The notes beneath the pieces were generated by a model. The model saw nothing but the letters and a program-made list of their open reading frames with translations, did not search any database and was not told the origin of the DNA. 64,000 nucleotides of DNA. Source: Flectonema sp. DT1601. Taxonomy: Eukaryota. The stretch lies in contig OZ025783.1 in the NCBI GenBank assembly GCA_964019425.1, positions 682,001-746,000 of the forward strand, read 5' to 3'. Of the stretch, positions 36,501 to 47,009 are shown piece after piece (the first letter of the stretch is position 1; every line of letters starts with the position of its first letter). The position numbers were made by a program, and so were the translations under genes.

Positions 36501-39500
36501 AATGCGACTCGTTCAAAGCAGAGTGCAGCTCTCTCAAAGAAGAGTTAGTTTTGTTGAAAAATAAATATCAAATTAGACTTGATGATGAATACAACCAATG
36601 GGCTACTCAACTCGGATGGGAGGTGATTGGATCACCAAGTGGAATACTACACAGTTATGATGATTTATTATTAATAAGAAAGGATGTCTTAGGGAGTATG
36701 AATACTTCAGCCAAACCTTCAGTTCAACAATCTGACCAGGTTCAGCATTTAAGAGAAGTAGCAAAAAAACGAATCATGGATGAAATCCAATTCTGGTCAT
36801 CAGTTGGGTTCACTCCGACGTCGGGGGAGTCATACGTCCAGGATGATGTCATTGATGTTAGATTAAAAATAAAAAAAAGTATAATTTCAGGTCAGAACAC
36901 AATAGAACAACTCAATCAGCTTCAACAAACAACAGCATTGAAACCATCGGAAGAAGTTAACTACTGGAATAGCGTTTTAGGAAAACCAACTTTGCAGGGA
37001 TCTGTTTCACACAATGACGTAGCTCAACTACGTGATGAGGTTAAAGCGATCATATTATCAAAGAAAAACCAACTTGGCGATACGCAACTAATGAAAAATT
37101 TAGTTGAAGAAAACCTATTATGGAGTGAGGTACTTGGAACACAACCTCTTAGAGATGATGAACTCACTTCAGATGCAATCAAAACTGTTCGAAACAGAGC
37201 AGTCACTTTACTGACATCAGATAGGGCAGCTGAACAGTTGAGAGATACATTGATTGAAGAAAACAACTTTTGGTGTACTGCTTTAGATATTCCTACTGGT
37301 CCTCCTCCTACATACGAATCGATCACAAATCTTCGTCAGGAAGTATTATCTACGCTGGTCGATAAATCACAAACTCTTTCTAATATATTAGCATCGCAGC
37401 CTACCCTTGAAAGTGTGACATCACTTCGTCATCGTATATCAGACAGTCATAAGGATTCATCATCACATTCTGCTACTGAAACAACAACACCTGAACTTGA
37501 TCAGGTTCTTAAGGAAGAACAACAGTTCTGGCTTGAGGTATTACAAAGAGAGGATCAGCGCAAACCAACAACAGAATCCATCAAAAACCTTCGAAATGAA
37601 GTTCTCGAACAATTAGTGCAACAGACAGAAAGTCTGAATTCTGTGCTGTCAGAAGAAGCAGAGTTGTGGAAGGATATATTAGGTGCTACTCATCCAATAG
37701 TGAGGAGCAGTGAAATCTCACCCAACGGAGTTAAGGCTATGAGAGACACTGCAGTGGCTACGCTCGCAGAAAATACAGCAACGTTAAATAATATGCTGAC
37801 AGAGGATCACGAACTGTGGAGTCAGATCCTGGACTCACAAAGTGAAGAACCTGATCTTATAACACCATCAACAGTACACACTATGAGAACTGCGGCACTT
37901 AAACAACTCCGTCGGGGCGACATGTCGTCGTACCTCACTCAGGAACATCTTTACTGGTCTGATATTATTAACTCAACAGTAGAATGTGAGAACCCCACCG
38001 TAGATGATGTACAACAAATAAAGGAAATGGGTGTTGAAATGCTTAAGCAAGAAGTATTAAAAATACGTGAGGAGTATCAATTTAATAATCAAATTGAGAA
38101 ATATCACAACGAAGAAGAACGTGACTTTTGGTGTGAAATACTAAACGAGTCTGCATCAGAGACTCCGGTTGATTCGAGAGAGGAATTACAGCGTCTGCGG
38201 AATCGTTCTGTTGAGTACTTGAAAGACGGCAGTGCTGGTACGTCCAAACCATTAAAAAAATCTGCACCTTCTCCAGATGACGACACAGATTTCGAAAGTG
38301 ACAGAAGTAGTCCTCATGATGTTCCCGTGGCTTTGATCAACAGCTTGAAGACATTGTGGGATTCAGAAAGCACAGCATTGATTAGAAAATGTCATGCACT
38401 TGCTCAGGTATACCTGTAGATTCAATTTATACTTTACATCATTAATTCATGAATTAAAAATAAATTTCAACAAAAAACAGGGAAATCCACAACCACCAGT
38501 AGAACACTCAGAACCAGACTCTGACCTAAAAAGTAATTCACAACTGATGATGTTGAATAGTTTAAAAGATAAGTTATGCAGTATACATGAGAGATATGCG
38601 ACCCTAACACAAGAATCATCGCAAGTTGTTAAAGATGAAGTTATGTCTCCGTCAACAGCCTCTCACTATAGTCAGCCACCTCTACATGGGGGAGCAGTAC
38701 CACCACCCCAGACTGCGATTACTGAACCAAGTAGTAGTTCAAGTGGTATTTATCAATTCTTTAGAAATCGTTCTGTAACTCCAATACCACAAACAAGTAA
38801 TACCGCGAGTAGTGTTTTCTCAATAGACACAACTAAACGGTACAGTTGGGGGAGAATGGTTCACTTAGATATCGGATGGTGGGTAGCTGATAATACTGGT
38901 ACACCAGAACCACAAGTACAAAGTGATATTTTAGATCGATTTGAAACATTATTGAAATCCTCTGAAGAGAAGGATAAATCAATAATAGTCGAGTCGTGGG
39001 ATGATGAAGGCTGTCCTGATGCAGTTGCTGGCACAGACGCACCAGCAACATTAGCAGCAGCATGTCAAGTAATGATGGACTATTCTGGTTTAGAGAATCC
39101 TCTTGAACTTCTCACTGCTGTTTTATCAACGCGTCACTACTTTAATCAAACATCTGCTATCATGTCGTGTAATTTATCATCTGTTTTACTACACCAGTCG
39201 AAATTGATTGGAGAAACATGTGATCCAGACCACCGACTGTACCCTTCTTGTACAGATGTTGAAGTTTTCATTTTAGTTCTACTGACGCTCACTGATGCAG
39301 AACTACGTAAGTTGTATGGAATTGATCTTCAATCCAATAACAGTAATAGCAGATTGTGTTCTGCTAGTTCTCTTAAATATCACATTGCTCAGGTTACTAG
39401 GACTTGTCTTCATCAGGACTTTGAGAATGATGAGATTATGAAGTGGGGTAGTTTAGGTACGCTGATGTTTAACATTTTAACACGTTCTGATAATGAAATT

Positions 39501-40517
39501 CCAGCAACTGTTTTCCGAGTTGTAAAAGTTTCACAAAATGTAGCAGAAGATCACTTACTCGTATCAGATGGCAGCAACTACGGTTGGGCTGCTCCTATTC
39601 GCTGTACATCAAACCCTCCTTCTGAAGAGTCACTCAAATCGAATCAAAACTCTTCTGAGGTGACCATTTCTTTTAGAATCACAAACTTACAAGCTGGAGC
39701 TCGAATCCCTCATTCTCAATCAGATGTTTTAATACCTCCGTTCTCGTGTTTTACAATTCAATCAGTTGAAGAAAAGAATTCAAAACTAATTCTCGTTACT
39801 ATGAAATGGAATTGTGTTCCTCACATGGTCGGTTTAGGTACCCGTCTGGATGGGATGTCAATTGTTGAAGGTCTCGAAATGACTGCCCATTCCGGACAAG
39901 AAAATACCACCATGCGACTCCCTGTTACAAAACTGTTATCGGAATTGCAAGCAACTTCCTCAACGGTTCATTCTAACTCAGAGATCTCTCGGCTTGAAGA
40001 GCTAGTTAGTGAGGAGCAGAACAGAAGTGATAAGCTTCGTGCGGCTTTGAGTGAAGCTACAAAAGGCTACGAGCAGAATGAAGTAACAGCACATAAATTG
40101 AGACAAACTGAGAATGAACACAAAATACTTATGAATGAAGTTCAAAGATTACGAGATGATCTGACTCAAGAATCAGAATTATGTCGCGAACTTGATGATC
40201 AAAGAATGGCTCTACAGAATGCCTTATCATCAAAACCATCTCGTGTACCACTAACTGAACTTATCTACTCATCGTGGAATAAGTTGGAAGCTTCCCGTCG
40301 ATCAACGAGAGAACTGAAGAGTACCCTTCCAAAGATGGATAAACCACGTGACCTTTCAGTTATCTTAGGAACCATTGAAGACCTTCATGAAAAGATGAAA
40401 TGGGCAATACAATCACTACTCACACCACAAGAGATATCTGCGTGTAAGGATGTTACAAAAGATACAAAACCGAAAATCCAACCGAAGCCGGCAGATGTAA
40501 AGGGACGTTGGAAATAA
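27600..40517 (+). CDS. Giant coiled-coil/repeat protein with a C-terminal degenerate ART-like domain, ~4200 aa, 5 exons
   Basis: Exons 27600-27614 (MRRQQ, less certain), 27672-27972, 28078-28259, 28337-38407, 38481-40517. All junctions are GT-AG and frame-preserving. Long heptad-rich Q/E/L/K/S segments, internal repeats, and an ART-like segment near 39250-39810. Confidence 0.8.
36581..38225 (+). repeat. About ten ~40-55 aa protein repeats, consensus EExxxWxxxLG...(S/T)xDxVxxLRxxVxxxL
   Basis: DDEYNQWATQLG, MDEIQFWSSVG, SEEVNYWNSVLG, VEENLLWSEVLG, IEENNFWCTALD, KEEQQFWLEVLQ, SEEAELWKDILG, TEDHELWSQILD, TQEHLYWSDIIN, EEERDFWCEILN; most are followed by an LR/VR/MR helix. Confidence 0.8.
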
Positions 40518-41170
40518 TTTCTCGAACCTTAATTTCTGTTTTAATCTAAACAGTTTACGTACTAATTTACTTTAATACCGTTGTATCCCACTGAGTTTTG
40601 TATTGTTTTCAATTCGGGGACTTTTCTTACTTTAGTAATTGGAACACAGTTACTGGATAAACTCACAATGATTCTGTATCCGTTTTCTCTTTTTTCTTTT
40701 TTTCCCCTTTAAATGCTGTTGAGTAATTGTTTTCCTTACTTTGCGCTTACGTGAGTCACGTTGAAACGGAGATATAACTTCTTTGTTTTTATTTATTGCT
40801 TGCGTTGTTGCAACGCCGTCTTAGTAGTTTATTCATTTACTTTATTCAGAAGTATGACTTTATTAGCCTTAAGGGTAGTATTATAGTTTTTTTTTTTTTA
40901 AATAAAGTTGCTGTTCTAGCTTCACATCCCCTCCCTTGGAAAAAAAAACTTTCCTTATATCACCGAACCTTCCACTTGACACAAATTGCTATTTATTTTT
41001 TTTTATGTGACTGACTATTAGAAAACAAGCTTTATATAGATTGCGCTCATCCCCCCCTTTTGGAACCGACTTATAGATTAATTTTTAGTATTAAAAGATA
41101 GTTGAAGTTTTATTGTATTAAAATTGTTTAAAATATAATAATTCCTAAAACAGTAGATTATTAGTAACTA

Positions 41171-42565
41171 ATGTCAGGGGACGATTCACCTACAGAACCA
41201 CCACTTCGCCTCCGCCGTGCGGAGAAGATTCTTCGCGAACGGTGTGGAAATATTTGTATTGTGTTAGAAAAGACGTGTGATATTCATAACGTTCAGGCGG
41301 TTGTAAGAACAGCAGAATCTCTTGGAATTCAAAACATGATGATCATTGAGCCTTCTTATGTAAAGGGACTCGACGCACACGAATTCAACGTTCCTGACAA
41401 GACTAACGCACCAGAAACCGCACCAGTTCAAGAAATAGTTGCGCTGCTACACCAAAAACTTAAACGTATGGAATTGGGTTCAGCAAGCTACGATGTTGAA
41501 AACGTTAAACCGAAAGGTATGTTCCAACACCACCAACGCTCTTATTTGTTTTACCTAATTATATGATTGGGATCTGAGAACCTGTGAGAGTGATGTTCTT
41601 GTCTTCCATGTTATTACTTGATTATTTAAAGAAAAAAAAATTTAAATCTAATTTAAAAAAAAAACTTCAATACAAAAAACAACATAGGATGCGGAGATCT
41701 TTGGCGTGCGACCTGCACCCTCCAAGACGGTACCACAGCAGTAGGCCGCCCAACTAAGAGTAGGAAAGAAGCTCTGCGAATGGCTGCTTCTGCATGCATG
41801 ATGCTTGTTGATAAAGACTACTCTGAGCCTAAAGCTATGAAACCAGTTAAAGTGATTGAAGAACCGAAGAGAGTATCATCTCACGTCAATAAGGGTGCTG
41901 ATAAATGGCTGACCATTAGGAGATTCAAAAATAGCTTAGACTGCGTTAATGAGCTCGTCAAAGAAAACTGGTCCATCTGGTGTACAGCATTGAGTGAGAA
42001 CGCGATACCACTTGATGTCGACACACCCAGGGATATTATACCCGAAAAGATGGCTATCATAATAGGGAGTGAAGCTTACGGTGTTAGTCCTGAATTTATA
42101 GCTGCAGCAGATCGAGTAGTTTATCTTCCGATGTATGGATTTACTGAATCTCTTAATCTCAGTGTAGCTTCTGCAATGGTAATTCAAAGAATAATGGATT
42201 TAAAGTCTAATGTTCGTGGGACTCTTTCAGAAGCAGACTCTCTAGCTTTGAGGAAATCGTGGTGGGATAACTTAACACCAAACCCAACTAGTAAAAGTGT
42301 TCTCTCATCATTTTTTAATAAGTTTACAAGTCCTGAAGGTCTAACAGTTGAGACATCACTCGATCTCCGACAAGGTAGGTGTGATACCCAACGTCATAAA
42401 GTTATAAATTCACCACATGCTAGTCAGAAGTTATTGGCCGCTGCCGCCGCTGCACGTGGAGAGCTCGCTGACCAACCCACTGAGAGCTCTAGCTTCCGCG
42501 ATCCTTTACTGTTAGCGACTGGTGTTGCCATTGGTGTTGCGGCAATGAAATTCTTGGAAAGATAG
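41171..42565 (+). CDS. SpoU/TrmH-family (SPOUT) RNA 2'-O-methyltransferase with an inserted dsRBD-like domain, ~407 aa, 2 exons
   Basis: Exons 41171-41516 and 41688-42565. SPOUT motif 1 VLEKTCDIHNVQAVVRTAESLG, motif 2 IIIGSEAYGVS, motif 3 YLPMYGFTESLNLSVASA. TrmH-like GADKWL. Confidence 0.88.
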
Positions 42566-42872
42566 AAAACAAGCTTAGGAACGATAGTTTCTATTGCCTG
42601 AAAGCTTTCAGTAGGAATCATGTATTAGAATTATTCTCTACTTTCTTATTCATCTTCATATTGTAATGTTGTTATCATTTACTCCGTTCGCTGACTTTAG
42701 TCAGCTCTGAATCACTAGAGTTGAAAAAGTGATCCTCAACACGTGTGTTATATAACTCTTATTACAGGAAGCCAATACCCATGTCTGTTATTGTCGGTCT
42801 GGTATTGTTTTACTGATTGTTTTGGTTACATTTTTTCATTATCAGTATTTCAGTTATAACACACATTCGACT

Positions 42873-43535
42873 ATGAGTAAAATTGCACACGTTATAACAG
42901 GAATGTTGTCAGTTGTTGTACTAGTGTTGTGTTCGACCTCACTAACTGACAGTCACGGTGTTATGAAAATGATAAGTGAAAACAAGGACTTAAAAACCAT
43001 CGCAGGTAACGTAAAGCTCCATTCACTTATGGGATATCCGTATGGATTTGGTGTGTTCAAAGACCAGTATGAGAATGGATGGCAAGACAAGAGAAATCCA
43101 ACTGACCACCCAGCTCATTTTGTTAAAGCCTTAAGCTGTGACAAACACACTCGTCTTGGAACAGCACTGAAAGGATGTGTTTGTATTTGTCTATTTCTAT
43201 CAACTGCTGCTGTAGTAATTTCATTCTTTGGAGTATTGACTACCAGTCGTTGTACGGGAATCCTAGCTGTAACAATAAACGTTATGTTGGTCGGGTTCTT
43301 CATGCTAGCAGTTGGTATCACAGCTGAGCTTTATTCTGGATCATTCCCTTGTGGAATGTTTAAAAAAGATGTAAATATTACACTGAAGGACTACTTTGAT
43401 CTGGGGGCAATCGTTATAGTTCTACTGATGGGATTGATTTCAGCTGTTACTAACATCTTAGTTCATATTTACTTCAACTCTATTAATAAGAACGATCAGG
43501 AGGATGTTAAGGAATGTCCTCTTGAGTGTGCTTAA
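42873..43535 (+). CDS. Amastin-like four-TM surface protein, 220 aa
   Basis: ATG at 42873 follows an acceptor AG at 42852-42853. Four hydrophobic segments. Amastin-like pattern C..(A)LKGCVCICLFLSTAA...G, LxxxxN, LY...C...LKDYFDLG...NI. Confidence 0.65.
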   Translation: MSKIAHVITGMLSVVVLVLCSTSLTDSHGVMKMISENKDLKTIAGNVKLHSLMGYPYGFGVFKDQYENGWQDKRNPTDHPAHFVKALSCDKHTRLGTALKGCVCICLFLSTAAVVISFFGVLTTSRCTGILAVTINVMLVGFFMLAVGITAELYSGSFPCGMFKKDVNITLKDYFDLGAIVIVLLMGLISAVTNILVHIYFNSINKNDQEDVKECPLECA

Positions 43536-44034
43536 CCTAACGGTACAAATTTATTTATGTAATCTGAGTTTCCACTCCTAGCAGGAAATTTCGGAGAGTT
43601 CTTTTTTTTTAATATTCTTCTGACTTCTTTTCCTTCCTCTCCAAAAACTTTCCCACAAGATATTCTAACAGTCTTTGTGGGTTGAGATTTAATTTATTGT
43701 GATGTGGTAGTGTGGATTTCAATACTACTTTTTCAAATAAATTTAAAATTATATTTTGTAGACTTCCTTAATCCTCTCTTAGTCAGAAAGGATTGTACAA
43801 ACCAACGGTCAATATCTGATGCCGGTATTACATGAATCAAGATTCTAATTTGGAAAGCTGACTATTTTTAGACAGCTTTCTTCCTTCCCTTTCGATTCAC
43901 TCAATTTTTAGTAGCGATAAAGAATAATCACCTCTATCGGTGTATCTAATTCGCAACAATCTTGTCTAACATTGATTCAGTTATGTGATATATTACTGCT
44001 CTACTTATTTAATCAGCTTATCATACAAAAAGAA

Positions 44035-45948
44035 ATGCCAAGAAAGGACCGCCCAGGAAAGGACAGAAAGGCCAGAAAGGCAGCTGAAGCAGAATCAAAG
44101 TTGACCGAAGTCAGCTCTAAGGGATGTGCTCTTAGCAAGACTGGTGCCGTCACCAACTTTGAACCCCCAAATTTTGACGACCAGGACAGAAACATTAAAG
44201 TGAGCTCAGTCGACATCAACTACCACGGAAACAACATTCTGGTTGACGCAAAGCTAAACTTTGTTGTAGGAAGAAGATACGCTTTGATTGGTTCAAACGG
44301 ATGTGGAAAGTCTACCCTGATGAACGTCTTAGGTGCTGGTGAAATTGATCTTCCACCAAAGGTTGATTACTTCCACTTGAAGGAAGAAGTTGCATCTACT
44401 CCAACTTCCGTGTTGGAGATGGTACTTTCGGCTTCTGATGAACAGGAGCGTCTTGAGAAGGAACTTGAAATCCTTCAGGAGATGGGAGACAACTCCGCGG
44501 CTCAGGTGAGACTTGACGAAATCTACGAACGTCTCGATGAGTTGGAAGCCGAGCCTGCTGAGCACAGAGCCGCTAAGATTCTTGCGGGTCTTGGTTTCGA
44601 TCACGAGAAACAACAGCGTCCAACTTCCGCCTTCTCTGGAGGTTGGAGAATGAGAGTCGCTCTTGCTCAGGCACTTTTCCTCAACCCTTCCCTTCTTCTT
44701 CTCGACGAGCCAACTAACCACTTGGATATTGAAGCGATTGTGTGGTTAGAGAAATACCTCGCTGCGTTCAAGGGAATCTTGTTGATGGTTTCCCACTCCC
44801 AGGATTTTATGAACGCTATCTGTACTAACGTTATTAGAATGCACAAGGGTTCCCTTACTTACTATTCCGGAGGATACGATGCCTACGTAACTACTAGAGC
44901 TGAGATGGAGGAGAACCAGCAAAAGAGAAGAGACTGGGAACAGGATCAGATTTCTCACATGAAGGACTACATCGCTAAGTTCGGTCACGGAAGTGCAAAG
45001 TTGGCTAAGCAGGCGCAGTCGAAGGAAAAGGTGTTGGAAAAGATGGTTAGAAACGGTCTCGTTGAGGCCGTTGAAAGAGACGCTCAGGTTTCATTTGACT
45101 TCTCAGATGGAGGAAAGCTCCCACCTCCAATCATCGCGTTTAACGACGTGTCATTTAAGTACGAGACTATGGATACTAACCTTTACACAAAGGTTAACTT
45201 TGGTCTTGATCTCGACTCAAAGGTTTGTCTGGTAGGACCTAACGGAGCCGGAAAGACAACATTAATGCAATTGATTACTGGTGAATTAGAAGCAACTGAT
45301 GGATACGTTCAGAAGAATGCTCACTGTGTTATCGCAAGATTTGCTCAGCACGCCGTTGACCAGCTTCCACTTGAATTGACCCCATTGGAGTACATGGTTA
45401 GGGAATACACTGACTGTAAGGAAATTGAAAAGCATCGTTCTCACCTTGGAAAGTTCGGTATTACCGGAAAGACCCAAACTCAGCCAATGGATCAGCTCAG
45501 TGATGGTCAGAAGAGTAGAGTAACCCTCTCATGGATGGCAAGAAAGGAACCTCACTTGATTCTTCTCGACGAACCTACTAACCATTTAGACATGGTATGC
45601 GTTTACTTTAAATATATTCTCAACAATAATTAGTTTTATCTAACACTCAACCATCTCACCAACAGGATTCTATCGATGCTCTCGCCAAGGGTCTTAACGG
45701 CTTTGCTGGAGGTGTTGTTTTAATTTCTCACGACATGAGACTTATTGCTCAGGTGTGTATATTTAATTTTTTTAAAATACTTTGAGACTCAGCCTTCTCC
45801 ACTAACATAACAAATACAGGTCTGTGCCGAAATCTGGATTAGTGACAACGGTACCGTCACCAAGTTCAAGGGTGAAATCGCCGACTACAAGAAGCACGTC
45901 CAGAAGAGAATTGAAGCTGCGGAAAAGGTTATGGAGAAGAAAAAGTAA
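44035..45948 (+). CDS. ABCF2: ATP-binding cassette subfamily F member 2-like (soluble ribosome-associated ABC-F), ~591 aa, 3 exons
   Basis: Exons 44035-45594, 45666-45752, 45820-45948. Two ABC domains: GSNGCGKST / FSGGWRMR / LLLDEPTNHLD and GPNGAGKTT / LSDGQKSR / LLDEPTNHLDM|DSIDALA...ISHDMRLI. ABCF2-typical linker YIAKFGHGSAKLAKQAQSKEK. Confidence 0.95.
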
Positions 45949-47009
45949 ACCAACTTAGATCATCAAACACGTCGTTGATACTCCCCTCTAATCGACTACA
46001 ACAGAATAATGTAACTCTTCTTCCACTGCTATTGTAATAATAGCTTTGTAATTAAAGACACGTAAGAGAAGAAGAAAAAAGGAAAAGAAAAGAAAAAAAA
46101 AGAAAAAAAAAAAAGGACTTTACAGAGAAATCAAGCTCTCTAGTGAAAAGAATAGACAAAGACGTCAATTTGACACAAAATGAATTCTTTTGAATTTTTT
46201 GGTAGCTCACGTATCCTTTAGTAGGTACAGGGTATTGTTTATAATAGCATACATAAAATACTTTTTAAGAAAAGAAAAAAAAAAAAAAAACGACTATACC
46301 GCTACGTCTTGCCCAAGTAGAATGAACAAATACTTACCTCACACTCTTGATGCAGTATGGTTGAGAAGCGAAGCACCTCTAAAAGTAATTTGAATGATTT
46401 TGTGTCACACACGCTCAAAAAAAAAAAGAAAAAAAAAAAAAATAATAAAAATAAAAATAACAGCAAAAAGAAAAGAAAAAAGCATTTGAAAAAGTTACTT
46501 TTTTTCAGCTCTCCTCTCTTCCTTATTAAGAGTTTTGAATCATACAAAGGGAAGGTGTCTTGCTGATATGACTTTATTTCACTATCTAACAAGCATTCAT
46601 CCCTTTTATTCAGAACAAAAATACGCATTTGGAAGACGTCACAAAACTGCTACTAATTTGAGTGTATTCCGTTAAATCACGTTTCCCCTTCCCCTTCCCC
46701 CTCTTCTGCACGCACAGCTTAGTTTTTGTCAATTAGCTTTCTTCCCATTTTTCTTCTATCAAAGTCCCTAGGGATTTCTAAAAAAAAATAAAAAAAATTA
46801 AAAAAAGAAAAAAAAAAAGAAAAAAAAAAAAATGAAATCATGTTTGTTTGGTATGTGATGACTGCTTTTGTAGTCGTTTTATGCTAATTATATATACAGA
46901 TCCCGCTGGTATCATGTTAATTTGAGAAGACATAATATTGATATAACGTTTTTTGGATCGTACTTGATTTTAATTTCCGCAGCTTCTTTTTTGCCAATAT
47001 TAACAAAAC

